Part shown: in pieces, positions 11,655 to 25,300 of the stretch
How the letters are laid out: each line of letters starts with the position of its first letter
How positions within the stretch are numbered: the stretch's first letter is position 1
NCBI GenBank assembly: GCA_002189035.1
Contig: NEEC01000011.1
Location: 2,170,001 to 2,234,000 of the forward strand
Reading direction: 5' to 3'
DNA: 64,000 nt
DNA from: Utricularia gibba
Lineage: Eukaryota; Plantae; Magnoliophyta
Program-made: the position numbers and the translations under genes
Notes under the pieces: model-generated
What the model was told of the DNA's origin: nothing
Seen by the model: the letters and a program-made list of their open reading frames with translations, nothing else
The model's database searches: none

Positions 11655-14600
11655 TTACCTCGGACCACGATCGGAGGAAGGCTTTGAATCCAAATCACCA
11701 GGCACGAAAATAGGGAGTTGGTTGGACACAGAATCCCTCTTGAATCTTGTTTCACGAGGCAGAGTTAAATATCCCAGTTGTGCATCAAGCCCAGCGTGTC
11801 TTGAGCTTGAGGACCCTGCTTGGTTCTTCAGTCCATCTCTGGTCAGAGGATTCAGAAGTGGACCGCCAAAGAAGATGGAGTCTCCTCTTGGGTACATTGC
11901 CTTTTCAGGTTGCTGCTGGAGGGCCGACAGAGGCTCTCCAGGGGGCACAGAAGGCCTAATGGCTTGACTGCTTGTTGTCACTGCTGTTATGGGAAGTAAC
12001 GGTTCTTTCTTGCGGGGTTCTGAAGCTGAGATTGGAACAGATACATACCTCCCAGCTTCTTGATCCCACACCACAGATGTTCTCTTGATGTCTCTTATCA
12101 TGGGTTCAGTACTGCTGTGCCTCTGCATTATCCTGTCATCAAAACCAGATGATCTTTGGAAGATTGCGTTGTCCCTGCCCAGGCTTGCTGCCATCCCAGA
12201 AGAAGACCTCTCAACGAGTGGAAGATGTACGGCCGGGCTAGCTGCATCAGAGTTTATTCCATGAGATGGAGGAAGTGGACTCAGGGAGACGGATTCATGG
12301 ACATGGCTTGGGCTGCTCAAACTGCTCATCGTCTGAGTCTCTGTTTCATAGTTGTCCCGGCTACCATGGCTAGGAGTGAAAGAATGTCTGAGCGGCAAGT
12401 TCCTGAACTCATTCCTTGCATCTCTGTTTCCCGCCGCATCGGCACTGATGCTGCTCCGGACACTTGCATTGTCACTGGAACTGATCTCAGAATCATGCAA
12501 ATGCCTGTTATCAATAGGACGCAGTACAGAAGACGACGCCCTTGCTTTCGCAGCAGCTTTCATTGCCTCGCTTGAGTCTAGCTTAGCCAGCTTCCAGGCA
12601 CTGATACGCACACCCTTTTTCGGGCCCTTTCCTTTATCTCCAGCTCCATCAGCATCAGGATCAACTGTAGATGGCAACATTCCAGGTCCTAATTGGGGAG
12701 CAACTTCCTCCTGATATTCCAACAGATGATTACCAGAATCATTACACGCGGCTTGTAATCTTGGAGAAGATGATGCAACTGAGGAAAATGGATCAGTGCA
12801 CTGTACCTGGTAGTCGACGAACACCCTTGGAGGGGTGCACCAGGCACCCTTGTACTGCAGCCCCAGAGAGCTCGCCCCACTGAACCCCGTCGCGGCTGAG
12901 CCGGACGGTGAGTATATGATGTTCGGGGCTTCCTCATCGCCTGGAGCTTCACTCATGGATCGCATTGCGACAACGTATTCGTAGGTTGTGATTCCCTGTC
13001 GTAATAACAGCAAATCATGAGAAGACAGAATTAACAGAACACAGGAGGAAGTTGGTTAGTTCTTTCTGATGCATATCTGGTTTCAGAAAGATTTCACAAC
13101 CTTCTTGATAAGTATCATGTGGAAAGAGAAGAGCTCCCCTAAGGGCACAATGGCCAGCAGCGATAGAGCTGTACATATGGCCTGCAGAACGAAATCGAAT
13201 TGAGAATGCAATTATTCGTCGCAGGAAAGAAGCTAAATTTGATATGGTAAAGGCAGAAATGATCACCACAACAGTTGCAAAAGGGGGCTTTGAGAAGCCA
13301 TGTCCCAGTCTATCAACTATCTCCAGCTCCATGTGGCTCTTCCTCACAAAACAGCGTACTAGAACAATAATGCCGACGCCAGCTTCAAGAAGAAGCTGTA
13401 ATTCAAGGAAGAAAATAGTTAGCCATAACCCCTATTTCAATCAGAAATAACCCTGCAAAGTTACCCAAGCTAGGCTGACGGACATAAGTGAGATGAAGGT
13501 GACATAGTTTTTACGCCCCACACAGTTATTGAGCCACTAGAAACAGAAGAAGTAGAGTTAGCTAGTTCATCAGATGGATGACAAGTTACAAGTTTGGAAG
13601 GTGTCAAATCTTAGGTGGCAAGGAATGTACCCGGCAATGATGATCAAACTCATCTACACATTTGTCACAGCTCCTGCAGTGCTTGCTAAATTTGCGAACC
13701 TATAAGGATGTCAAAGAGATTACTCGTTTAACACGAACAAACAGACATTACATAACCGGTGCTGGTTGAAACAGAAAGATCTGTACTGGTGTGTCTAGTT
13801 AATTACCTCAGCGTTGCAAAGTGTGCAAAATAATGCCTCTTCGCCTCTATCTTCCATTTCGGCTGTCTCATCTTGTTTACGGCAATCTTCATGAATGAAA
13901 ACCCACAGAAAACCACTTTGAAGATACTGGAAATGAATTTTCTTCGTGGAGGAAGGACCGAGGCATTGGAATTGTTATGATCAACTGAGCCTTTCTTGCT
14001 TGATGCAGCTCCAGCATTGGGACTTCGTGAAGCCGGGGATGCACACGAATGACTCCCCATGCGAATTTCATCAAAATTTGGATTTGGACCAAGGGAAATT
14101 GTCTCCTGTTTGTCCTGTGCCTTATGCAGGAAGGTTGGATCAAACTTGGACATAATACCTGGGTCTGCTGGGTTAATGGCCGTTGCACGAACATAAAGAA
14201 TGAAAACCGAGAGAGCCTGCATGCAAAGATAACAAATTTTGAGTGAGCAAATAAATCTGCAGAAGGAATCGCATGAATTTCTGTTAAGCCTAAGGAGCTT
14301 CCAGAAAACGTGTGTGTGGGCATTCCAATCAGGAACAAAAGCCGCATTGTTATCCACTGTATACAAAGCACCAGAACTTCCAGAAATGCAAATGCGCTAC
14401 AATAAGAAAAACAAGCAAGAATGATGCTCTCACCAGTGGGGAATATACACCAACAACGATGTACTCCCATATTCTTGCTCCCAGGAACGGAGAAAAGAAT
14501 GCATAAAATGCTACAACTAGCATGAAGAAAACCGTGATTGCAACGACCTGTGAAGAGATGAAAATCAGTCTCCGGTCAAGGAACTCTCACTCTACATAAC

Positions 14601-15012
14601 ATAATTCATAACAATCAACACTCAAAGAAAAGAAGCAGTCTTTTCCCAATTGCATCTCCAGCGAAGTACCGCAATCTCCTATTATACATTGTCAAGATCT
14701 GTAAAACCTTTCAACAGTATTACACTAAAAAAAACTTCCAACATCAACAAATGGGTAATGAGAAGGAGCTAGAATAAGTTCTGCTACATAGCGAGAACAA
14801 GTTTCATCACATTTTGTTCATGGACCAAGAAGAGCTAAACTATATCTTGTTTGACTTCCCAAGTCCCATTTCCGCGTTCCAAGCAAGTCCCGGTTAACAA
14901 TTGACAGAATCGCAAACCATTGACTTAAGGTAGACTGCCATCAGAGAAAATGAACTGCAACTATGACCTGAAGGGTGTGCGCCGGCAGCTGCCAGCCATG
15001 CTTCCTCACCAT
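11655..15012 (-). CDS. DHHC protein S-acyltransferase (PAT19/PAT20-like) with one apparent -1 frameshift near 13900
   Basis: Start [16 protein letters not shown]. Motifs [70 protein letters not shown] and [12 protein letters not shown]. Long Ser-rich C-terminal exon (ORF 11655-13013). Confidence 0.93.
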
Positions 15013-17375
15013 AACTGATCCACTTCGCGCTCCTCTTCCCTAAGAAAATCCGTCCTCGGGAGTGTAAACAGTGAGAAAATCAAGCCCACCCCCACAATAA
15101 TATTCTCGCGCAAGTCCCTATTCCGCCGAGTCAGAACTCAGGTCAGTCACGGGTCGATGAGTTTTCCACCCCGGGAACAAGTTAAAAATGAGATCAAGAA
15201 AATTACAGAGGAAGCACAAGGAATTGGAGAAGATGGCCCCTTCCCCCTATCGAAAACAGAGACTTTCCTAAAACAAAACAAAAAAACAGCGAAGAAGGCT
15301 CAGACGCACTGCACTGCAAATGGGTAAGTGGGTTTTGTCGGCATCCTGAAGTTGGAGGAAGATGGGGAATTTTCGAGAGAGAGGGTTTAGTGACTGGGAG
15401 TAAAAACAGCAAGCGGACAAGGCGACAGCAGCACCTCCGTGGGTTTCCGTCGGGTCAGGGCTCCCAGTGCAGGGCCAGGCCACGCAAGGAATTTCTCGCA
15501 AAAAGGAAACAAAAAAAAAGAAGGAAAAGGTAACTAAAATAGAGTAACTTTTTACCAGAAACAAAACTGTAAAAAGAAAACATATGGAAAAGGCCTTTGA
15601 ATATGTAGTATGGGTTAAGTGGGGTCCACACTGCTTATTGTGGTCCTCTTTTAATTTCACAACATTTTAGGTTAATAATATACTAATGGAGTATTTATGG
15701 AATACAATTATAGAGCTTTAAAAAAATAATTATTAAAATAACCTCAAAAATAATGAGACTATTGCCTACATGTTTTACTATAATTTTTTTAAAAATAATG
15801 AATTCGAATTATAATTTCATTCGATCCAATTTAAATTTATGTCAAGATTGTAAAATAGATTTAAATCATGTAAGTAATTTTTTTATAATATTTTAAAAAT
15901 TATTTAAAATAATATAAATAAAAAGGCCCATTAGTTATAATAAAGAGCCCATTTTCCACTTTGGTCCAAACTAATTGGAGAGGCCCATTACTTATGATTG
16001 GTAGCCCATTATTTTGAGTTGCATTTTTTTATATTATTTTTTTTAAAAAAAACTTTCAATCCACCTAAAGGTAGAGGTTTGTAATTTTTTTTTTAAAAAA
16101 GAATTACTTCTTGTTTCTTTTTTTTTTTTTGAATAATAGTTATTTAAATTTGATAATAATATCATTTTGAAACGTTTGTAGAGCATAAGCACACATCAAG
16201 AAATTGTTTGCTATGTATTAGAAATTTGACTATCTTCTCATCATTTTGTGAGAAAATTGATCATTCTTAATATAAATTTTTTAACTTAATATATGAGAGA
16301 TATTGTATAGTTGTCAATTTTCTAAATGACCTATTCAATAAACTTGAGGTGGTCATGGGGTTTTGCTATCAGATATGCCCTTAGAACCATAGGGCCTAGG
16401 GGGGTGGGGCTGGATACTCTGGACTTGGAATATTTGCCCCCTTTTCTCCGCTAAGGCAACTTTGTTCATTGTACCACAAAAGCCAAGGAATATCGCTTTT
16501 GTGCCTTACTTTATCTTGGATTTATTTATATAAAATAGTTTAACAAATTCAAATGTTAATATTAAGAACAAATACTAATACTAAAAACAAACCATATGAA
16601 ATATAATAATTTATTTTCTTATTGCATGATATTTACATTTTGAATATACATTTTTTTCTGATTTATATTTTTCTATTTTAGAATAATTATGTAAATTTTG
16701 TAGGATATTTTTTTTTAAAATACTACGAAAATTCTTTGATAGCAATTTCAAAATTAACCATGTTTTGATATGTAATAGTTTGAAGATGTGTCCCCTCACG
16801 GACTGAACAAAACATTAATCTTTCAGAATTGTACATATAAAGTAAACAATGTTGTAGAATAACAACCGCATTCCTTATACTATTTATATAATGAATCTCA
16901 TGGGGTCCACTTTGGATAAAAATATTATATTCAATTTTATTATCTAAAAACATATAGATTTAAAAAAAAAAAGAAAACTTTTATGGAGGTCGCGTTCCTT
17001 CTTTTGGTTAGGTGGGTCAACCCATGACGTGACAGGTGGGGCCCAGTTTCGTGGCTTTTCTATCTGTGTGAAACTGGAAAAAATCGGGGGGAAACAGAAA
17101 GAGGGGGAATGGGGTGGAGTGGAAAAGTGTACGTTATCGAGGGAAGGGCTTAATCGTCTTTTCACAAGTGACAGCAGTCAACATGAGTGAATGAGTGGAA
17201 GTGTAGGATTCTCTGGGAATCAATCTCAGCCGTCCACTCGGAACGGTCATCTGCTGTGGCCCCGTCCACGTGCCACGATCCGCCTCCTCCGCCCCTACTA
17301 TCCCTACCCCTCTATAATACCACGTACTCGCTCTCCCCCACTGCCGTCTGCGTCGCACCTGCAACTCCCACGGCG

Positions 17376-18977
17376 ATGGATTCCGAATCTCTTTGCAGAT
17401 TTACCGTCGTCGTTCTGCTTCTCCTCGCCTGCGTTTCTTGTTCTGCTGGTGAGTTTCGGTTTCGTGAGTTGATTTAAGCTTTTTTTTAGTCTGCATTTGA
17501 GTTGAATCTGGATTTTGTTTTTTTGTGGCTTGCTTGTGTTGCAATGTAGAGGGTGGTTCTGTTGGGGTGAACTACGGGAGGGTGGCGAACAACCTCCCGT
17601 CGGCGACGAAAGTGGTACGCCTTCTGAAATCTCAGGGTTTGGACCGTGTGAAGGTCTACGACGCCGACCCGGCGGTTCTCAAGGCGTTGGCGCATTCCGG
17701 CGTGAAAGTGACGGTGAATCTTCCTAACGAGCTACTCTCCGCTGCCGCGCGCCGGGAATCCTTTGCGTTCGAGTGGGTTCTGAAGAATGTCGCTGCGTAC
17801 CACCCCGCAACCGCGATCGAGGCGGTAGCCGTTGGGAATGAGGTGTTTGTGGACACGCATAACACCACGCGGTTTCTCATTCCGGCGATGTACAACATTT
17901 ATGGGGCTCTGGCGAAGTACGGTCTGCAGAGTGAGGTTAAAGTTTCTTCCCCTATTGCTCTCAGCGCGTTGCAGACCTCTTACCCTTCTTCCGCCGGCGC
18001 CTTCCGCCGCGAATTGGTCGATTCCGTTTTCAAGCCTATGCTCCAGTTTCTCCGGAAAACAGGGTCTTCTCTGATGGTGAACGTTTACCCTTTTTTCGCT
18101 TACGAATCGAATGCTGATGTTATTTCTCTGGATTACGCCCTCCTCCGTGAGAATCCCGGCGTTGTTGACGCTGGGAACGGGCTCCGGTACGTATCCCTCT
18201 TCGACGCCCAAGTCGACGCCGTGTTTGCGGCAATGTCGGCCTTGAAATACGACGACATACCGGTGATCATCAGCGAAACTGGGTGGCCGTCCAAGGGCGA
18301 TACAAACGAGGTCGGCGCAAGCGTAGAGAACGCCGCCGCGTACAACGGAAACCTAATCCGGCGAGTGCTAACCGGCGGCGGAACTCCCCTTCGCCCGAAA
18401 GCAGACCTCACAGTGTACCTCTTCGCTCTGTTCAACGAGAACAAGAAGCCCGGACCCACCTCGGAGAGGAACTTCGGTCTCTTCTACCCCGACGAGACCA
18501 AAGTCTACGACATTCCGTTCACTCTCGAAGGACTGAAGAGCAAGCCGAAGGACGAGGAGACCCATCCGGCCCCGCTAAACCGAGGAGAACAGCGGATTTC
18601 AACTGCGGCGAGCGGGCAAACCTGGTGCGTGGCGAATTCCATGGCGGCGGCGGAGAAGTTGCAGTTGGGGCTGGACTACGCCTGTGGCGAAGGCGGAGCG
18701 GACTGCCACCCGATCCAGCCCGGGTCCAGTTGCTTCGACCCGAATACCCTGGAGGCCCATGCCTCCTACGCCTTCAATAACTACTTCCAGAAACAGGGCC
18801 GCGCCGTGGGCTCCTGCTACTTCGGAGGCGCCGCCTACGTCGTCACCCAGCAGCCCAGTAAGCAAACCCAACTCCCCCTTTCTGTTTTCCTCTCCCTTTT
18901 TCAGAGAAACCATCTACTAACGTACGCATTGTGTCTTTCCAGTGTACGGGCAATGCGCACTTCCCTTTGGAAACTGA
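17376..18977 (+). CDS. Glucan endo-1,3-beta-glucosidase (GH17) with C-terminal X8/CBM43 domain, 3 exons (17376-17448, 17550-18857, 18943-18977)
   Basis: Signal peptide exon. GVNYGRVANNLP, VAVGNEV (acid/base), ISETGWPS (nucleophile), LFALFNEN and ERNFGLF. X8 domain WCVAN..LDYACG..DCHPIQPGSSCFDPNT..HASYAFN. The spliced end is MYGQCALPFGN* with no obvious GPI tail. Confidence 0.95.
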
Positions 18978-18991
18978 GGAAGCATTGAACG

Positions 18992-19584
18992 AAATGTACA
19001 AACTTGATTCAACTACTGTTCTATAAACTCAACCCCTGTCTGTGTTCCTTCTACTCCTTCCATATATGAGTTCTTGAGTCTGTCTGTCTGTCTTTACCAT
19101 GAGAATGATCATTCCAGGAGTTCCTGGTATTATATGTAGCTTATTGCAGCTGTTGGGTCGCCATGAATCAGTGACATTGTGAAGAACAATCACCCAAATG
19201 AACACCCCATCATCATTCTCTGCCCTCCCCCCTGTTATGCATCATCTTCAGCCTTGCTAGATAGAGCAAGGGGCATCTGGCAGCAAAATGGGGATGCCCA
19301 AATGTACAAACTTGATTCAACTACTGTTCTATAAACTCAACCCCTGTCTGTGTTCCTTCTACTCCTTCCATATATGAGTTCTTGAGTCTGTCTGTCTTCA
19401 CCATGAGAATGATCATTCCAGGAGTTCCTGGTATTATATGTAGCTTATTGCAGCTGTTGGGTCGCCATGAATCAGTGACATTGTGAAGAACAATCACCCA
19501 CATGAACACCCCATTATCATCCTCTTCCTCCCCACCTTGCTATACAGAGGAAAGGGGAATCTGGCAGCAAAATGGGGATGCCCA
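18992..19584. repeat. Tandem direct duplication (~308 bp + ~285 bp)
   Basis: Copy 1 is 18992-19299 and copy 2 is 19300-19584. Both begin AAATGTACAAACTTGATTCAACTACTG and end GGCAGCAAAATGGGGATGCCCA. The first ~200 bp are nearly identical. Confidence 0.95.
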
Positions 19585-20397
19585 CATGGAACTAGCACAG
19601 GTTCCCATACAGATCAGTAAATGAGTGTGATTTTGAATGTCTTTGGAATCTGATACGGTGTGGTTTTTGTTGGTATCCCACCCTATCTCTGTTCATATTC
19701 CTCCGCCCGTGAGCAGCAGCAGTGCTGCTAATGGGGTTTAGATGCATCTCTGACGGTTCAAAGCCTGTGGGGGCCCTGCCCTCTCCTTCCTCATCACTGC
19801 CTCATGTTACTGCATTCAATGATTGGGATCAATGTGTCGTCCCCCCCTCCCAACAATGCATTAACTTGCAGCAATGAGATCTTCGCTCATTTCTCCTGCC
19901 TTTTCCGGTGGTTGAATGAGCTCCTCCCCCACCTATGGAATAACGAACAACATCAGCACATTACCAACTGCGCTTTTATAGTCAAACGCCACGAGTCCCA
20001 AGCTGAGCTTTCGCTTGCAGTCAGTTACACATCACCGGGTGTGGGGCATTGTTTTCATCTCACCGTAAACACAGCCGGAATCCTTCTCTGTTAAAATTAT
20101 ACTCACCGGAATTCTCTTTCTGGAAGGAAAAAGAAACCAGCTTTACAGTTTGGGACGCGGGAGCGGCAGCTTCCGAATTCGGGGTGCATATCGTGGCTCT
20201 GCGATTCCATACGCGGCGTCTCTCGTCGGTCGGAAACATAACTTTCCGGTGGATTAGTTTGGTCTCATCGTTGTCGACGTTGTGGCGATTACTCTTCTTT
20301 GAAGGGACCATGTGGATAAAAATTTGAAAAAAAATAAAAGAAGTTAGGGTGGGTAAATATTTGTGTGATTTTTTTTTCCTGAAAGTTAAAAAAAAAA

Positions 20398-21639
20398 TCA
20401 AGGTAACAATTTTGGGGAGGGAGAATTGAGGCGGCTGTCGGCGTGGACGCCAGAGCACTGTCCTGGAGGTCGCGAGAGCTGATCGGCGGTTCTGGCGGGG
20501 CAACCGGCGAGCCCCAACGGAGGTGACGTGATGCAGTTGAACGAAACGCACACTGACGTGGTTTCCGGTAGCGCTGTTCCCGGATCCATTGGGAAATCCG
20601 TGAAGTAATTGTGCTGTAGATAGAGTGTTTTCATGGCGCCGGACTCTACGCTTTCGACGTACTGCTTAGGGACGGCACCTGTGAGGCGGTTGTGATTCAA
20701 GAACAGAGCCTCGACACCGGTAAACGCGGTGGTTAGTTCTCCGTCGAGGAGATTGTGGCTTAGGTCGATTGCCGATCCTTTTGGTTTGGGGCACGGCAGC
20801 GAATTGGGGATTGCGCCGGTCAGATTGTTCCGTTGGAGGAGCACCGATGTGATGCTTCTGCAGAAGAGCGATTCCGGTAGCATTCCGCTGAATTGATTGC
20901 CGCTGAGGTCGAGATACTCCAAATCGGTAAGTGGATCCAGGCCGCGGAGATTCCCCGACATTTGGTTGTTCGCCGTCGACAGGTACCGGAGAGAAGCCGG
21001 CATTCCCAAAGGCAGCGTCCCGGACAAATTGTTGTTACTGAGGTCGAGGTGGAGGATCTGATTTGGCAAGAAAAATGGCATTTCTCCACTGATTTTGTTC
21101 GCCGCCAAGACAAGCACTCTGAGTTGGCCCAACACCGGAAACGCCGGCGGAAGGCTACCGGAGAGTAGATTGTAGCTGAGATCAAGAGTGTGCAGATTCG
21201 CCAACCCAAAGATTTGAACTGGTATTTCTCCGGTCAACCGGTTACTCGTAAGTGAAAGTACTCTGAGGTTACGCAGAGTGCTCAGTTTCGGTGGAATTGG
21301 TCCAGTGACGTCTCCGGCGAAGAGGATGAGCTGGGTGAGATGGCTTAGCTGAGCAATTGCCGGAGAAAGCTCTCCGAACAGACCTGGAGAAGCGGAGAGC
21401 CCAGTCCCGAGGGACAGAATAGTGACACGGGACTCCTCGCAGGTGACTCCAGCGAACGAAGCACAGGGATCCACGGCGGCCGAGAAGTTCCATGTGGAGA
21501 AGAAGCCTTCAGGAACAGCCAAATCAGCGAGCGAGCTCCTGATTTCACGAAGTGCAGCCAAATCCCCAGGATGAATCTGAGAGCAAGCAGTGAAGTTAAC
21601 ACAGAGAAGAACAAGCAGTCCATGCGCAAGGAGCCTCAT
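20398..21639 (-). CDS. Secreted leucine-rich repeat protein (LRRNT plus plant-specific LRRs; no kinase or TM domain), single exon
   Basis: Signal peptide, N-cap DLAALREI..W..DPC..F.GVTC, repeated LxxLxLxxNxL(S/T)GxIP, and Cys C-cap (CVSFNCI..GCP..RPPGQC). Intact 413-aa ORF. Confidence 0.9.
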   Translation of the reverse strand: MRLLAHGLLVLLCVNFTACSQIHPGDLAALREIRSSLADLAVPEGFFSTWNFSAAVDPCASFAGVTCEESRVTILSLGTGLSASPGLFGELSPAIAQLSHLTQLILFAGDVTGPIPPKLSTLRNLRVLSLTSNRLTGEIPVQIFGLANLHTLDLSYNLLSGSLPPAFPVLGQLRVLVLAANKISGEMPFFLPNQILHLDLSNNNLSGTLPLGMPASLRYLSTANNQMSGNLRGLDPLTDLEYLDLSGNQFSGMLPESLFCRSITSVLLQRNNLTGAIPNSLPCPKPKGSAIDLSHNLLDGELTTAFTGVEALFLNHNRLTGAVPKQYVESVESGAMKTLYLQHNYFTDFPMDPGTALPETTSVCVSFNCITSPPLGLAGCPARTADQLSRPPGQCSGVHADSRLNSPSPKLLP

Positions 21640-22311
21640 TCTGCATTACATTTCCTTCCCTCCTCCTCTCTCCTCCCTCAGCACCGCAGCAGCTTTATAA
21701 AAACAGTGGTAATAATTCTGCACGTTAGTGCTGCTGGGGACACTCATTCATTGCGCCTTCCGAATGCACGCATTGCAGGATTAGACATCTCTAATGGGTG
21801 CTTCACTGTTCAGTGAAGAAGTGGAAGGAAATGGAAGGACAAGACAGGGCAGGCGGGTTGTCCACTGCCGGTTTCTTAAAAGAGGCTGACATGTCCAATC
21901 ACATTCTGACAGCTTGATTAAGAGATGGCCGTCGCTTGTTGAACAAAATTGGTCACGGATATGCAGTGGACACATGTTTCCTTCCCAGGTTACAAGTACA
22001 GCAGAAGCAGAACCTGCGATGGCATCCTTCTTCAGTGTTCTCAGAGCTTTATCTATCATACAATGGCCAGGCCAGCGTCGGCCTAAGCTGACTAATTTTA
22101 CATGGAACAGAGTGATGAGGAAAGAATCAACTTCTATCTGGGAAGGGAGAGCACCGCACGTGGAGTCCTTTACCTCCAAATTGGCAGCCAGGAGACGGTG
22201 CAGGTGCTGATCCAGGAATTTTAGGCTCAGCAGTGGGCAAGGAGGGGATTCCGGCGGGGGGTGGGCCGGAGCTGTGTGTTTCTGCAACAAAGAGGCGTTT
22301 TGTCTGCGGCA

Positions 22312-25300
22312 TCAAGAACTGCTGGCAACCTCAGCAGCTCGTTGCCTCATCATTTCCATTACTGCAGCTCTTCGTCTGGAATCAGACTGTTGTTGTAGCC
22401 TTCTCATGTGGACCTTCAAGTCTCTGGGGAGACAAACAAGCGGAAATGAGAATCAGGTGAAGATGAAGCTAGTTGGTCAGCTTTGCTCCAAGGATTTTAT
22501 TATGTATATTAACCTGCAGCGTGGGACGGTGCACTCAGATTCCTTGCAAGCTCGGGCATGAAGCTGAAGAAGATTCCACATTTTCTTGCACAGGGGACAC
22601 CCACCGGAGGCACGAACTTTGCACATATAGCCGTGCCGGAAAAGCCCCTTAACCTTGCGGCAATTTGGATATTGGCAGGCTGGAGAACGACACTGTGCGG
22701 CATGCACCAGGAGGTCCAGCATTTTCCTCAGCTGCAAAGCCCAGATCAGAAGATGATCAGATACCAGACAACACTAAACGTGCTGCAAGGCACACACACC
22801 CAACTCCTTGCCATGGATGGAACATGGGAAGCACAAGTTACCTGCATTACACGCATTTGCCTGGCTTCCTGATTCTGTGCGTCTCGATCATTGGATGGAT
22901 GATTGGTCAACTTATGAGGATGATCAATCCCACCATCCTTCTTATAGCATGCATTGCAGACATCATAATCTGGGCATGTCTCACACCGCCAACCTTGCCC
23001 AGATTCGATGTCAAGGTGACAAACATTGCATGTTGTCACAAAAGCAGGCGCAGTGGGGTTGTGAAGATGATACAGGACCATCATCGAAGAGTGTTTGGCT
23101 CGTCGAAGAGTATCATACTGGTAGTGATTTCCTTGGCAGAGACTAAGAAAAGCTTGTCTGGTGTCAAAGAATTCACTCTCAAGAATTTCATCTCTATCTT
23201 TTGTGTCCTCGGGAACACCCGTTATTTCGATCTGCAGTTTCCAATTTTCAAACAAAGTAAACGATGCACATGATAAGAAGTAGTCAGGCTCATTGAGCAC
23301 TAAAAAACACTTACGGGATAAAGCGTGTGTTTCTCCTTTAGGTTCGTCGGGTGCCTCTCCCTATCTTCACGCTTCCTTTCGACATCGTAGCATCTGCAAC
23401 ATGAAAGTAGATTTTTTACGTTCATTCATTGGCTAGGCCAAGTCCACCATCCCCATGTAAGCCTTACTTGTCACAAAGCTGAAAATTCTTGCATTGCTTG
23501 CAAGCCCATCGATTCCCAGAAACCATTAATATGCAGCAGTGCGAGCATGGATACTGCAGGTGAACCATGATAAAGTCTTCTTTCATGGGAGAGATGGTGT
23601 CACCAAGCTGTGCAAAGTAAGAAAAGAAAACTGATTAAGCATGTAATGGACTGCACATATTGGCATGTATGAAGATTAAAAAAAAAAGGCCTCTGTAAAG
23701 GAATAACAGGATTGATAGAAAAGTTACTTTGTGCATTAACAGCAGATCTTTGGATGCATTGCCAGATAGATCAGTTTGACCAGATGCCTTGAGAGCTCTC
23801 TTGGTGATTGTTTTCTTGATAGTTCCCTTCTTATGTAGTTTCTTCCCGTCATCCTCTTGTTGCAATTGATAGATCATATCTTCAGCGGCACCAGGCCAAT
23901 AATCTCCATCGAAGTAAGGCAACCTGCAAGCGGTTACCTTTGCCTTACATTCACCAAGGCAAACAAAGAAGTGGTCGTATAGATTTGCAAGATCAACGAC
24001 AATGCTCTCTTTTCCAGCCTTCCTTAACATGGACAAGTACCTGACATGATCAAATTCAATTAGCACGAAGAGCTGTATCAAGTGAAGATTCGTATCAAAG
24101 CAAGCGATCACAGTTACCATTCCCGAAGCTTATCCGATTTTGGTGTCTTTTGAATTTCCGGATGACAGTACAATATGTAGTCTTCTCCCTTCAATGGAGG
24201 GCACGCCCATATGTAGCAGCTTGTGAAACCACGCAACTTGCAATACTCCAAGTATCCTATCTGCAAGAGAAAATATGATAAACTACCACATGGCAAACAA
24301 CAATAAGCCTTTGAAGGAATAAGAGCGAAGGCTCATAAACTTGCCAGGATCTCATGATATACAAATGTCCGAAGAGCCTCCCCTGTGACTGCTTTAACTT
24401 CTGGTCTGAAATACTTGACTGAGTCCAGATAAGAGAGGTACACACGACGATGATTTGGTTGTGGGCATTCAGATCCGAATTCTTGGACATACATGCCAAA
24501 GAGGCATACTTCAACTCCCTCAATTTTTTGAAATAACAAAATAACCTGGAAAAATGCGAGAAAGCAATATTAAACTCGATCTAACAGACGTCATGTGCAA
24601 CTTTACCAAAAAACAAAAAACAGTTGAAAATATTGATTACAGGGATGGGGGAGGAATATGACTGACAAATCTGATTCAATCTGCATCTTGAGATTATTAT
24701 AAAATTATATAGCCTTCATGCTAGTACAAGAGAAACAAAGGGACATTATGGTCTCTCAAAGTTTTCTCAGTATTAAGAACACAAGAAAACAAATGAAAAC
24801 AGTTAATGAAGTTCCACCATTGGTAGTATTCCAAAACTTCACAAAACAACTGTACCTTGGACTTATAAGGAAACTCTACAGGATAGTTTTCCCCTTGGAA
24901 AATTTCAAGAAAGCGTGGCTTTACTTCCAATTTCTTGTCCACGGATGAAACCACTCTAATAACAAGTGACTCTGCCCCTGGAATCTGCAAGGGTGACTTT
25001 CCAGTAAGATACCCCCCAAAAAATCCTCGAATTTCCTTTATTTAGTTTACAATATGAGGATAGAAAAGAAACACACTCAACCACCAAATTACTGCACAAC
25101 GATAATCATGAAAGATGAAGAGACATAAGACAGACATGAGGGATATAACTGGAGTACCTCATCATAACTTTTCCCCAGAAGTCTTGCCCTGTCCAGCCTT
25201 TCTTGCTTCAACTTCGAAAATAGCCGTTGCTCTATATGATCGCTCAATATTGTTCTGGGCAAATCTTTTGCACCAAGAACAGTGCTTTGAGGTAGAGGCA

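Noticed and set aside
13620-13660. VDEFDHHC instead of the usual VDGFDHHC in the PAT
   Set aside because: A single substitution outside the invariant DHHC/Cys positions; not enough to infer altered function.
17732-18780. Long alternative-frame and antisense ORFs overlapping the glucanase
   Set aside because: Expected by-product of GC-rich codon usage in a real coding exon. No independent motifs.
21781-22290. 169-aa minus-strand ORF between the HAC1 stop and the LRR start
   Set aside because: Non-ATG start, no recognisable motif, and it lies where the HAC1 3' UTR and LRR promoter are expected. Not supported as a gene.
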